A stretch of DNA of 64,000 nt from a virus. Positions 55,901-64,000 of this stretch are shown here, one piece after another. The notes below the pieces were generated by a model. It was not told the origin of the DNA and ran no database searches. It saw nothing but the letters and a program-made list of their open reading frames with translations. The position numbers were made by a program, and so were the translations under genes. The stretch lies in IMG/VR virus record IMGVR_UViG_3300013751_000152; one strand, given 5' to 3'. The number at the start of each line of letters is the position of its first letter. The stretch's first letter is position 1.

Positions 55901-56697
55901 TTTGAGGTTGTTTTCTTTTCCTTAGCTTCCTCTTTCTTTACATAGGGTTTTCTATCTTCCAAAAAATTATAAAGTTTGTGTATCCCAGCGATATAGCCAA
56001 GGTCATAAGTCTTTTTTATACGTTCCACCCCTTTATGGAATTTCTCCAATAGCTCATACCCACGAGGAGTAAGCTCATAGGCACGCATTTTAGCAGAGGG
56101 ATTCTGCAAACGTGTAAGGAGGGGGTGTTTTTTATATTGTAGCACGGCTTCTGTAGGCTTCTTCCCTGGTGTATTCCAAAAACGAAAGACTGTTTTTCCC
56201 TCTTCAAAAGCGTCTGTGAAATTGTAGAGGAAATCCAAGACTTCACTTTCAGGAATATCAGCATTTTCAGCGAGTAGTTGCGCCTGCAAATCATCAAAGG
56301 CTTCAAAATCTTTTACCTTGGGGTCTGATACTTCCTTAGTGGTTTCTTCCTTCTTTGGCGCTTTCTCCTTCTTTGGTTTGGCTTCTTTTTTAGGTTTTTC
56401 CTCTACCTTTACCACGTTGCCCTTGACGAACTTCCAGCCCTTGCGTAGGCGGCCACAATCGTCCAAGGCTTCGCGGTAGTCGCCTGTATGCTGCACGCCT
56501 GAAAGCCCCGCAGGGCTATCATAGTGAGTAATGGTAATCTCAAAATGAGTAGCTTCGGGGCTATCATTGAGCACGCGGCTCAATCGGTATATAATAGCTG
56601 TGTTGTTCTCGGCTTTTGCTTGGGTCAAGACTTGTTCTACTTCCTTACGAGAGACTTCTCGGTTATCTAAGGCGTTAAAGGCTTCAAGTGCTGTCAT
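52915..56697 (-). CDS. 1260-aa polyvalent protein with LPD3-like domain and C-terminal RecA/RadA-like ATPase
   Basis: GKQGSGKT, IVIDSFQ, MRGGSKSQFDGD; mosaic GC content. Confidence 0.7.
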   Translation of the reverse strand: MTALEAFNALDNREVSRKEVEQVLTQAKAENNTAIIYRLSRVLNDSPEATHFEITITHYDSPAGLSGVQHTGDYREALDDCGRLRKGWKFVKGNVVKVEEKPKKEAKPKKEKAPKKEETTKEVSDPKVKDFEAFDDLQAQLLAENADIPESEVLDFLYNFTDAFEEGKTVFRFWNTPGKKPTEAVLQYKKHPLLTRLQNPSAKMRAYELTPRGYELLEKFHKGVERIKKTYDLGYIAGIHKLYNFLEDRKPYVKKEEAKEKKTTSKRLQILENSLKKKEEKFNEKLSELYSDVKSANGQPLNDKSNGKSTMARWDKKDNALRTLNKEIERTKEAIEREQFKINRVETVNEFIPAPILELVEKGVLNQWRKHPDRFFVEGVEKGRIIFDRKKGELLNQYYNSIPTQEQKEKFKKVFNTLKEELAKIPSEERTAYIREKQKREKEDRLNYLNKEIENVLERIEKFESKSKENKEFAKKVKELSEAEAEALRNKMPNASEEWWYIPDVLYYRRLQQQLRDLDENVQDSSKKKVEKAPTKATKSIKSRKEKGENEAKETKEEDNFSEQVEKREALLKRANLYRKARKDGYSYDEIYKRAKDLGDKDIDLIMNLSYLNPKGDMINSFLYHIDKEEEYLKMVNWTGEARRLYPDLDDKKEDFLRDLIDSNFYKEKTKDFFFKGIEDWHKRRTERANILKSILNKYKITLDYHSFNLFLEGISNDLYKSNYKELPEYDKYFFYFKLENRLNEKIINDLKKYFVNRIEEKKLKKVGLGDDKYSYKGELHQKGIEILRIILKKLKEEKGLSGVDYSQGLFGAVPEVSTERFKQMKVNELRTFTLRYYNLFLKGDSVTIERHLKEVVFTNKAGRKIAHGEAMYSEKAAVIAQLKTLIKNSTYNNWGDRKPQDHPDILGYLNFKSKITIDGEKRHLRISIIVDKDRKLKLKSYDVGKKKSRDPQGGLPSAEGSQLFKAVQSTQEPVATLQDEGIEPLSEDKGTKKSLSRKKKEENFGLNASEPPVTSLPVPRQTLAQQLATRPEVRESFLVADEQMSLFLGDLEKKTKDSLVITLTGKQGSGKTRFAFQFMNALAQRYRVGHASIEEHPESVLYEEKAYQYLNDTALEHITAQDVRSLAELDTMIHTNEVIVIDSFQKMRELAPHFEIDKDLRKKYDGKLFLVIFQQTADGKMRGGSKSQFDGDIILFTETFPDYRENYVYPDKNRYNKRPATELQYSIYEQRMLATAPEVPALPAHYEPTESEELNFEVL

Positions 56698-56703
56698 AGT
56701 TGG

Positions 56704-57342
56704 TTACTTCTTTTGGTTATAAAAATATACACCTGCTCCAAATATTAAAAACAGGATCACAATATTGGTTGGAGTAAAGAAACCTTTTTTGGGAGCTTCT
56801 GTCTTAGGGGTTCCTTCCGGAGAAACCTCTTTTTTCTCCGTTGGTGCTAAGGAGGTTTCCCCTGTGTTACTATCCTTTACCTTGGGGCCGCCTTCTGTGT
56901 TTTTTTCGCTTATAGTAGGCGTGGTGTTTGTGGGGGGAGCTTGGGTCGCAGGTGGCGTTGATGAAGGAATGACCGTATTAGTTGGGGGCGTCTGAGCAGG
57001 TGGATCCGAGGGCTTCTCAGAAGGAATTACCTTGTTTTTCTTTAATTCTGATTCATAATTAGCCAAAAGAGACTTCATGTCGGATATAAGCGAATCTATA
57101 CTTGCATATAAAGAAGGGAAGACATCAATTACCCAATCTTCCATTTCTTCATTTTTTATAGTATTCAATTCTGCTAATATCCCACTATAATACTCTATCG
57201 CAAGAGTATAAGTAAGGGCAACATCATTGTTAATAATGAAAGGCGGAATTTTCTTTTTATACTTATCTAATGTTTCTTTCTCTTGAGTTACCTTTTGCCA
57301 GAGTTCGTTAAAACCTTTTGTGGTTGCATATATAGAGGCCAT
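56704..57342 (-). CDS. Pro/Thr-rich protein with C-terminal TM anchor
   Basis: 212 aa. Confidence 0.75.
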   Translation of the reverse strand: MASIYATTKGFNELWQKVTQEKETLDKYKKKIPPFIINNDVALTYTLAIEYYSGILAELNTIKNEEMEDWVIDVFPSLYASIDSLISDMKSLLANYESELKKNKVIPSEKPSDPPAQTPPTNTVIPSSTPPATQAPPTNTTPTISEKNTEGGPKVKDSNTGETSLAPTEKKEVSPEGTPKTEAPKKGFFTPTNIVILFLIFGAGVYFYNQKK

Positions 57343-57346
57343 ATTT

Positions 57347-57502
57347 TTATTGTTTAGAATTTTGTTTATCGTGCTTAATTGCCAAATGTACTTGATACCC
57401 TGCTAAGAAAACAGCGGCGGCGGAAAGAGAAAGGGCAAGTATATCCTTTAGGTGGAACTGGCTTACACTTGTACTTTTTTGCGTTGTCTTTTTTTGTGCC
57501 AT
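57347..57502 (-). CDS. 51-aa single-TM protein
   Basis: Hand translation MAQKKTTQ...ILALSLSAAAVFLAGYQVHLAI... Confidence 0.55.
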   Translation of the reverse strand: MAQKKTTQKSTSVSQFHLKDILALSLSAAAVFLAGYQVHLAIKHDKQNSKQ

Positions 57503-57569
57503 AGTCTGGGGTTATAATATTTATAAAGGCAAAAGGCAGCCCCCGCAACGAGGGCTATACCTATGATTC

Positions 57570-58055
57570 CTATTCGTTTTTTTTTTCAACAGAAGGTATG
57601 TAGCTTATATTGCCCATCATGGAAAAGGCTTTTTCATAAGCACTATACGGCACCAATGATTGAGCTGCGGCCGCTCCGTTTTCCATCTCCGTAATAGCTT
57701 TGGCTAAGGATATAAAAAACTTACGATCAAGTTTTTTAAACGGCTGGTTTTTTGCGATCTGCATTTGTGCTGCTACATAATCTATATATCTTCCTGTTTT
57801 GTTCTCATGAGGGGGCGCCCAAACAGTAATGAGTTTTTCCAAGGTGTTTTTTCCTCTCTGTATCCATGTATAAGCATTCTTCATCAGAGCACGCAACCCA
57901 TATTCCAAGCTCTCGAACTGTTCAAAGGCTTTGTTGGTGTCCGTATTAAATTCCTTGGAGATTTTACCTTGCCAAGTGGTGTCGCTCATTCGAATATTTC
58001 CAGGGTTATTATTTCTCAGTCCACGAATTGTGGTAAGTCTTCTTAAATCAGTCAT
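57570..58055 (-). CDS. Putative virion muralytic protein (RGLRNNNPGNIR family)
   Basis: NNNPGNIR, F.SLEYGLRAL, WAPPHENKT, MENG. Confidence 0.75.
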   Translation of the reverse strand: MTDLRRLTTIRGLRNNNPGNIRMSDTTWQGKISKEFNTDTNKAFEQFESLEYGLRALMKNAYTWIQRGKNTLEKLITVWAPPHENKTGRYIDYVAAQMQIAKNQPFKKLDRKFFISLAKAITEMENGAAAAQSLVPYSAYEKAFSMMGNISYIPSVEKKNE

Positions 58056-58072
58056 ATCTATTGGTTTATAGG

Positions 58073-58849
58073 TTATTTTTTATTTCCTTTTTGTGCATAG
58101 TGATCATACAGCAGGTATCCACCCGTGCCAACCACTATAGCTACACCTACCCACAGGAATACGTTGCTACCTTGGCCACTATTAGGATCTGTGGGGTATG
58201 GATTTTGTAGGTTAGGGTCTGCAAGATTGCTCCCTCCCTGTTGGGTATTTCCTTGTTGGTTTCCTCCTCCTTGTTGAGGGGTACTATCCCCTTGTTTGTT
58301 GCCCCCGTTCTGTTGGGTATTTCCGCCACTGGGTTTATTGGGGGGTGTATTGGCAGGTTTTTTGTTCTCTGGCATTACAGGATTTCCACCACTGGTCATA
58401 TTTATTCCCATATAGATATAAGCTGTATCATAGGCGTCCTCAGGAATATAGTGCGCACTGCTCCCCATTTCTATACTGGCAATTGCCTTAGCCATCTTTA
58501 TATAAAAATCCTTGGTAAATGCCGTAATTCTCTTGTTTTTGTCTACTCCCAAAGCCTTGGACAGGGTAGATTGATATAGTGCTACCTTTTGGGTGCCTGC
58601 TGCGGGGTGGAAGCGGTGAGAAAATTCCAATATGGTATTTCTCTTTCCCTTATCCATGATTGTACGAATATTGATCATTAAGGCACGCAATCCGTATTCT
58701 ACAGTGATAAATTCTTCATACTTATCATTACCTTTTCTAAGTGCTTTTGGCACTTTACCTCCCCAATCTTCCCCTTTGTTGGGAAGGTTACCAGGGTTAT
58801 TTTGGTATAGGGGACTGTTTTTGTATTCGTTTGTTGTAAAAGTTCTCAT
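58073..58849 (-). CDS. Paralogous NNPGN-family protein with low-complexity linker and C-terminal TM
   Basis: NNPGNL...EYGLRALM; Gly/Asn/Gln linker; TM. Confidence 0.75.
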   Translation of the reverse strand: MRTFTTNEYKNSPLYQNNPGNLPNKGEDWGGKVPKALRKGNDKYEEFITVEYGLRALMINIRTIMDKGKRNTILEFSHRFHPAAGTQKVALYQSTLSKALGVDKNKRITAFTKDFYIKMAKAIASIEMGSSAHYIPEDAYDTAYIYMGINMTSGGNPVMPENKKPANTPPNKPSGGNTQQNGGNKQGDSTPQQGGGNQQGNTQQGGSNLADPNLQNPYPTDPNSGQGSNVFLWVGVAIVVGTGGYLLYDHYAQKGNKK

Positions 58850-58865
58850 GTTTACAGCTTTAATG

Positions 58866-59381
58866 TTATGAAAAAGATTGTTTTAGTGTGTATATTTGTC
58901 CGAATCCGTCAATATCTATTTCAAAGGATAGTTTGTTAATAATATCAGTGTATTTTACCCAATCCTTTTTGTTTTGGGCAATCATGTCCCATATTTCTCC
59001 AGCTAAGGAAATTCCATTAAGTTCTATATATACATCTTCTATATAGGCAGTACCTCCTGCGCGCAAGTTTAGTTTGTAAAATTCGGGAAGGGTGGCATAA
59101 CCTATCTGTTTGCCTTTGAGGTAAACACGCATGACCTTGAGTTGAATAGAGCCGTTGGTATCTATAAAAAAGTCCTCAGCTGTGGGATTGGTTAAAGCAA
59201 AGTCCAACCTTAGCCATATTTTGTTCTGAAAGATTTTAGCTCCTGAATCTCGGTATCTGTGGAAAGAGAACATGATTTTTTCAAAAAGGCGCTTTGCCTG
59301 TCCCGCTTTTGCTCTTGCCATGCCGTATATGGCGATTCCTAAACCAAAAAGGCCTAAGAGTACAATTGATCTTGTTTTCAT
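58866..59381 (-). CDS. N-terminal TM plus LEA_2/WHy-like beta domain protein
   Basis: LRLDFALTNPT motif. Confidence 0.55.
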   Translation of the reverse strand: MKTRSIVLLGLFGLGIAIYGMARAKAGQAKRLFEKIMFSFHRYRDSGAKIFQNKIWLRLDFALTNPTAEDFFIDTNGSIQLKVMRVYLKGKQIGYATLPEFYKLNLRAGGTAYIEDVYIELNGISLAGEIWDMIAQNKKDWVKYTDIINKLSFEIDIDGFGQIYTLKQSFS

Positions 59382-59890
59382 AATCTTATTTTTTCCTTTA
59401 TTCTAAAGCCTATCCAAAACACACCAAAGAGGAGGGTACCCCCACCTATAAAGGCTAATATTTTCACGAGCTTTGGAACATAATATTGTTTGACTATCTT
59501 TGTTTGTTCTACAGCTTTCGTATGTGAATATCCTGAAAACTTCCCTTGGTAGGTGCTTTGTCGTGCTCCGATATTCTGATATACTACTAACTGCCCTTTG
59601 TACCTATTGTAATAGACCCCTTGGCTGTCTTCTCCTTGTTGCCTATTGACAGAGATTTGTTGCATGATCTTGCGTACCTCCTCGTTACACAGGCTATCAC
59701 ATTCGGGCTTTATGGTTCGTATTTCAGGGATATTGATATACACAGTATCACGCAAAGGCACTTGTTTTTCTACAAAAATGCTGTCTATACGCGTCCTTTG
59801 GGTAACCTCTTGGCTCTGTTGTGTTTCCTTAACTGATTTACAAGCAACTGCAAGGAGAGAAAGTAAAAGGGATAGTAAAATATTTTTCAT
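59378..59890 (-). CDS. Lipoprotein with C-terminal TM (u-spanin-like)
   Basis: Lipobox AVAC, C-terminal TM. Confidence 0.65.
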   Translation of the reverse strand: MKNILLSLLLSLLAVACKSVKETQQSQEVTQRTRIDSIFVEKQVPLRDTVYINIPEIRTIKPECDSLCNEEVRKIMQQISVNRQQGEDSQGVYYNRYKGQLVVYQNIGARQSTYQGKFSGYSHTKAVEQTKIVKQYYVPKLVKILAFIGGGTLLFGVFWIGFRIKEKIRL

Positions 59891-60144
59891 TTGGTTAGGT
59901 CATTAAGGCGTTCTTCTAATTCTTTTATCTTCTGCCGGAAGTATTCGTTTTCTTTAACAAGCTCTTCATATCGTTTTTTATAGTCTTCTACAAAGTGGCC
60001 GTAAGAGGATTGTATTTTTTCTATTACATCAACTTCTATAGCTTCGGTTTCGGCACGTCGCTTGCGGCGCTCAAATAAAATTCCTAACAAACCTCCTCCG
60101 ATGAGGGAGGAGAGTATTGTTACTACATGTTCAAGGGCTATCAT
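59887..60144 (-). CDS. Holin-like single-TM plus coiled-coil protein
   Basis: LIGGGLLG TM followed by RRKRRAE and coiled coil. Confidence 0.55.
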   Translation of the reverse strand: MIALEHVVTILSSLIGGGLLGILFERRKRRAETEAIEVDVIEKIQSSYGHFVEDYKKRYEELVKENEYFRQKIKELEERLNDLTK

Positions 60145-60166
60145 AATTGTTTTTGTCTTTAGTTTT

Positions 60167-60691
60167 TTACTGTTGTAGTGCTTGGAGGTGACCTGTAAAT
60201 TTGTATTTTATGATTACATCTCCATACCCAGCACTTTTATCCTTGTGATATAGGTTCCACTCTCCTTCGGGAGCGGTACCTAAGGCTGTAGACATGTACT
60301 CAACTCCTGGTGAATCATTAAGTTTTTGAAGCAGCTCAGCGCCTGTTATATTGGGATTATCCAACATCTCCAAATCGGACGCTTGGTGAGGATAGTTTTG
60401 TTTCCAAGCCCCCTCTAACCTAAAGCCAGGCAAGGAAGCCCATACGACTACATTTTTCACCCCTCCGTCGAAAACAGGAAGAAATAGCTCTATCTCTTGG
60501 AGGGTAGGTAGCTTGGGATCAAAAACAATCTCCTTGGTAGTGATCTTTCCTTCCTTAGAATCGGCTCCTGATAGCAGCACAGCTGCATATAGCGTTACTT
60601 TCTTAGGTGCCTGATTATTCCCTTGGTTATTCCCTTGATTGTTTCCCTGATTGTTACAGTTACAAATCATTCTATGAGGTATGCCGATCAT
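60167..60691 (-). CDS. Hypothetical protein with NNQG repeats
   Basis: 174 aa. Confidence 0.65.
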   Translation of the reverse strand: MIGIPHRMICNCNNQGNNQGNNQGNNQAPKKVTLYAAVLLSGADSKEGKITTKEIVFDPKLPTLQEIELFLPVFDGGVKNVVVWASLPGFRLEGAWKQNYPHQASDLEMLDNPNITGAELLQKLNDSPGVEYMSTALGTAPEGEWNLYHKDKSAGYGDVIIKYKFTGHLQALQQ

Positions 60692-61203
60692 AAGTTTACT
60701 TTTTTGCTTACTTTTTGGGTTTGTGAGTTGTTAAGTGCAGCTATAAGCAAACCAAATAGGAGTATTCCCCCACCTAACATTAGCAGTTTAGCGTCCTTTA
60801 GGTTTTGGTTATAGCTTTTCTTTTGAGTTATTGTTGTCTGTGGGTTAAAATATTTTTGTATAGGGTTTTCTTTCTTCGGCTGGGTAGGGGGGAGATTCTT
60901 TTCGGGCTCCTTTTTGGGAGCGGTAAAGGTAAGTCCGTCCAATTCCTCGGCAACTTCCCTGAGTACCACTGTAGGAAACTTGCTGGAAGTTTTGGTAATT
61001 GGCGAGGATTCCATGGTTTGCCTACCTATAAAAGAAAATACCAATTGACTCCCTACAGGTGCTGTGAGTTTGTATATACCGTGACTATCTGTGGCAGTTC
61101 CCTGTATGGGTTGGCTGTTCTTGACAACTACATTGACCCCTAAGAGTGGTTCCCCTTTTTCATCGGTAACCTTACCGGTTATAAATCGTGTTTCTGTCTT
61201 CAT
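60688..61203 (-). CDS. CarboxypepD_reg-like domain protein with C-terminal TM
   Basis: ITGKVTDEKGEPLLGVNV...GTATDSHG...LVFSFIG, the SusC N-terminal-type domain. Confidence 0.85.
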   Translation of the reverse strand: MKTETRFITGKVTDEKGEPLLGVNVVVKNSQPIQGTATDSHGIYKLTAPVGSQLVFSFIGRQTMESSPITKTSSKFPTVVLREVAEELDGLTFTAPKKEPEKNLPPTQPKKENPIQKYFNPQTTITQKKSYNQNLKDAKLLMLGGGILLFGLLIAALNNSQTQKVSKKVNL

Positions 61204-61205
61204 CG

Positions 61206-61658
61206 TTAAAAAAGATTAGGGTATCTGTCCTTGACTTGCTGGTATTGGCTTTCGTCCAATTCTTCCTTAAACCATTCCTTTAGGGTGAGCATTTTCCCGT
61301 TAGAGGTTTTTATTTTACCAAACAAACGGTTATAGTAGGCCCTTTTACCAAAGCGATCCGATACTATTTTCATTTGTGTCTCGTCTAAATTACTCATTAT
61401 CTCCAAGATTTTATTAAAATCAGTACCTGTGTCCTTCATGGCATTGTGTAGCTGTTGGGCATACTCAGAGACCAATTCGCGATTGTTGGCAAAGTCCGCA
61501 ATAAACGCCCTATAATCAGGGTCATTGAGCTTGTTGTAATACTTACCATAAGCGCCTCCACCATTGGGGATTGCAGGCTTTTTTTTCAGTAGTAAAGAAA
61601 GAGTGATGGTAATGACCCCTACGCCGAAAGCACTCCAGAGTATATATTTCTTTTTCAT
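61206..61658 (-). CDS. Membrane-anchored annexin-like protein
   Basis: AQQLHNAMKDTGTDFNKILEIM...LKEWFKEEL. Confidence 0.7.
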   Translation of the reverse strand: MKKKYILWSAFGVGVITITLSLLLKKKPAIPNGGGAYGKYYNKLNDPDYRAFIADFANNRELVSEYAQQLHNAMKDTGTDFNKILEIMSNLDETQMKIVSDRFGKRAYYNRLFGKIKTSNGKMLTLKEWFKEELDESQYQQVKDRYPNLF

Positions 61659-61669
61659 AGTTATCTGTT

Positions 61670-62194
61670 TTAAAAAAATGCGCTGCCTACTTGTGCTCTT
61701 AGGGCGGCTAATTTGTCTCCGCTAAACTGATCTTGTAGCCACTGGCTCAAGTCCATGTCGTTTTTGTTTCCCATAGAAAAGCTCGTTGCAGGGGTACGCT
61801 TACCAAAAGCATTGTAAATAGCTACATAGTTATTGTGTCCCATGCCACGCAAGGCATTATATACTGTGTTGTAGTTAGCCCCTATGCCATGCAGCGCCCT
61901 ATAGATCATATCTGCCTTGCTTTTTGCCAGACCTGCGCTAATAGTAGCCGGCTTTTGGTTAGGGTCATAGTCCATCTTTCTAAATCTGTTTTTCCAATAC
62001 AAGTTGTAGAACAACGCCCCGCCTATGCTTATTACTGTAAAGCTGATTAGGACAAGCCCTACATTGACAGCAGTTTTTGCCTTGCGCCCCGCAGCCTCTA
62101 TCGCTTCGGGGTGATTATCTAAGTATTTACCAACAGAAGTAGCTGCAACAGTGGTAGCTACTCCCTTGAGGGCTGTTGTTTTCTTTCGTGGCAT
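61670..62194 (-). CDS. Second membrane-anchored annexin-like protein
   Basis: ADMIYRALHGIGANYNTVYNAL...DLSQWLQDQFSG. Confidence 0.6.
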   Translation of the reverse strand: MPRKKTTALKGVATTVAATSVGKYLDNHPEAIEAAGRKAKTAVNVGLVLISFTVISIGGALFYNLYWKNRFRKMDYDPNQKPATISAGLAKSKADMIYRALHGIGANYNTVYNALRGMGHNNYVAIYNAFGKRTPATSFSMGNKNDMDLSQWLQDQFSGDKLAALRAQVGSAFF

Positions 62195-62196
62195 GG

Positions 62197-62379
62197 TTAT
62201 ACAAATTTTCTAAGAAGTTTTTCGTTGGCTACAAATTTTTTACGAAACTTTTCGTTAGTAGCGATTTCGTGGAAAAGCGCTAATGTCTTATCGTCCAAAA
62301 GCGCAATGGCTTGTAACTTTGTTTGGCGCGCTTGTGCGTCAATAGGATTGTTACTGTTAATTTTTATCGTTATTTCCAT
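62197..62379 (-). CDS. Small hypothetical protein
   Basis: 60-aa ORF tightly packed in operon. Confidence 0.6.
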   Translation of the reverse strand: MEITIKINSNNPIDAQARQTKLQAIALLDDKTLALFHEIATNEKFRKKFVANEKLLRKFV

Positions 62380-62388
62380 TTTTACTTG

Positions 62389-63183
62389 TTATTTAGTTTC
62401 ATATTTACTTACTAATTTGCTTACTTCTTCGTAAAACTCTTTGCTTTCGAATACTAAATGTAGTATTTTGAGCATAAAGCTGTCTACCTCTGGGGAGGTC
62501 TGAGCAAATTCCTGAATAATGACCCCTTTTCCTTCGGGTACTTGGGGCAGCTCTCCGTCGGCCCCTTGGAGACCTGTAGGAGCGCCCCCCTTGAAAGCAC
62601 CCATAAGCATAGGGAGATTTTGAACAATACCCAAGAGCATTTCGTTATTACCTTTGGCTTTTGCTTCGCTAAATTTGTCGGCTAAGCGTTCTTCCTTGAG
62701 GGCGGCAATCTCTTGTTCTAACTTTTCGTTTTTCTCTTTCAAAAACTTATTTTCCACCTCCAAGCGTCCTTGATCATGTGCTTTCACATGCAAGTCCATC
62801 ATCTGAGGAAAACTAAGCCCCATCAGTCCCATTTGCCCCATGGGCTGTTGTTGAAGGGGGGCAGGGGAAACAGTGGCGGGCATAACTTCGGGGGTAGCTT
62901 GTGGTGGGGTATCTTCTTCCTTGGGGCCGAGTATAAAAGTTTTTGGGGTGGAAAAGCTCCTTGTTGTATTGCCAAGTTTTCGTCTTTCCTCGACGATAAT
63001 TTGGCTAATTCCCTCCGATACTAAGGAGTTAAAAAAGGCTTCCACGCTGCCATATTTCTCTACAAAGCGATCTGCTGAGAAAGAACGTACCAAAGGCTGC
63101 CCCGTTTCCTTATTAATGACTGAGATAAGGATACTGGGAGAGTTTTTAAGTCTGTTAATAATATCAATGAGTTCTTTTTTCAT
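62389..63183 (-). CDS. Coiled-coil hypothetical protein
   Basis: 264 aa. Confidence 0.7.
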   Translation of the reverse strand: MKKELIDIINRLKNSPSILISVINKETGQPLVRSFSADRFVEKYGSVEAFFNSLVSEGISQIIVEERRKLGNTTRSFSTPKTFILGPKEEDTPPQATPEVMPATVSPAPLQQQPMGQMGLMGLSFPQMMDLHVKAHDQGRLEVENKFLKEKNEKLEQEIAALKEERLADKFSEAKAKGNNEMLLGIVQNLPMLMGAFKGGAPTGLQGADGELPQVPEGKGVIIQEFAQTSPEVDSFMLKILHLVFESKEFYEEVSKLVSKYETK

Positions 63184-63437
63184 TCTGTTCTACATTTTTG
63201 TAAGGCACGATAATCCAAGATGGCTTCCCCTCTGCCATTTTCAAAAGAGATTTCTAAATCAATATCAGAGGCAGTTCCATCACCTTCCAAAAGGTAATAA
63301 TCACCCTTTTCTAATGTTCTCTCACGGAAATATACCTTACTTTCTCCTGAATTGTAGAGGGTAAGGGAGGTAACACCTTGTAAGAAAAATGAGGTGTTGG
63401 AGTATATTTTCTGAGTGTTCCACTTGCTTTTATTCAT
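63180..63437 (-). CDS. Small beta-rich protein
   Basis: 85 aa. Confidence 0.6.
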   Translation of the reverse strand: MNKSKWNTQKIYSNTSFFLQGVTSLTLYNSGESKVYFRERTLEKGDYYLLEGDGTASDIDLEISFENGRGEAILDYRALQKCRTE

Positions 63438-63801
63438 TGCCGCAGTTGTTAAAACGAGTATCTTCGTATATAAGGATCAGTTGGCCTTTAAAATCTTTGT
63501 TGGCCACAGCCTCCTCTGTAGTGATTTCCAAGGTGTAGGTTTTTCCTTGTGTCTGAAAGTCCACGGGCTTACAGCCTGTAAAGTAGCAACTCTCACGGGA
63601 GCGATAGTTGCGAATATGCTGCATTTTGGAAATGTAAGTGCCATCATCTGCTTTTAGTCCAGCATTGGCCACAAATTCATCGCCTTTGTTGTGGTAGATG
63701 AGTAAGCCAATCACACGGCCAGCTACAGGAGTGATAAAGATGTTGTTTCCTTTCTCTCCGACCTTGATGTCTATGTTATATACTTCTTCTTTGGTGTGCA
63801 T
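63430..63801 (-). CDS. Beta-rich protein (possible single jelly-roll minor capsid protein)
   Basis: 123 aa, alternating beta pattern; fold is inference. Confidence 0.5.
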   Translation of the reverse strand: MHTKEEVYNIDIKVGEKGNNIFITPVAGRVIGLLIYHNKGDEFVANAGLKADDGTYISKMQHIRNYRSRESCYFTGCKPVDFQTQGKTYTLEITTEEAVANKDFKGQLILIYEDTRFNNCGNE

Positions 63802-63837
63802 GATTTTTCTTTTTAGTGAGTTAGGTAATAATTATCA

Positions 63838-63869
63838 AAAAAGCCTTGCCTTAGCGACAAGGCCTTTTC
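63838..63869 (-). terminator. Intrinsic terminator after truncated gene
   Basis: Imperfect GCCTTG/CAAGGC stem followed by T-run on minus strand. Confidence 0.65.
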
Positions 63870-63892
63870 ATTGATAATTATTAAGAGAAAAA

Positions 63893-64000
63893 TTAGTTTG
63901 TGAAAAACTCAAATCCTCTTAGCTCGATACGTACAAACTGTGTTTGATCGCTTGGTACGCTGGCTCCTTGTGGGAACTGCCAAGAGATGTTGATTTCCTT
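63893..64000 (-). CDS. 3' end of a gene, possibly a jelly-roll major capsid protein
   Basis: ...KEINISWQFPQGASVPSDQTQFVRIELRGFEFFTN*, two beta-strands, followed by terminator; only 35 aa visible. Confidence 0.35.
   Translation of the reverse strand, partial: KEINISWQFPQGASVPSDQTQFVRIELRGFEFFTN

Larger units (their letters stand above)
50333..64000. mobile_element. Element 3: integrated probable tailless, membrane-containing virus (continues past window)
   Basis: Integrase after att; membrane-anchored proteins, lysis genes, no tail/terminase/portal in the visible part. Confidence 0.6.

Overview
The window looks like Bacteroidota DNA (Capnocytophaga/Flavobacteriaceae-like, judged from TAnnTTTG promoters and gene content). 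It appears to consist entirely of three mobile elements integrated in tandem at the 3' end of a tRNA-Met gene. (1) 1-41870: right part of a temperate tailed prophage with portal, terminase, tail, lysis, tape measure, capsid/protease, an intein-containing C5 methyltransferase, primase-helicase and cro/cI. Its integrase probably lies left of the window. (2) ~41869-50332: an ~8.5 kb capsid-less satellite-like element with integrase, PIN toxin-antitoxin pair, primase-helicase and repressor switch. (3) 50333->64000: an integrase-bearing element with many membrane-anchored proteins, annexin-like proteins, lysis genes, a polyvalent protein and a truncated possible jelly-roll capsid gene, probably a tailless membrane-containing provirus. 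The most striking non-coding signal is an ~80-nt structured RNA present in four copies, three in the prophage and one in the satellite. It has a conserved scaffold and a variable 12-15 nt 'guide' that in each copy is complementary to both its own transcript 5' end and the first codons of the downstream gene, reminiscent of P1 C4 / P4 CI RNAs. Other highlights: a duplicated peptide/antisense/HTH cassette, an antirepressor whose internal coding palindrome recurs three times downstream, an intein that supplies a new start for an overlapping alternate-frame gene, and a candidate -1 frameshift adding a membrane anchor to a lytic protein. All family assignments come from motif recognition by eye; no searches were run.
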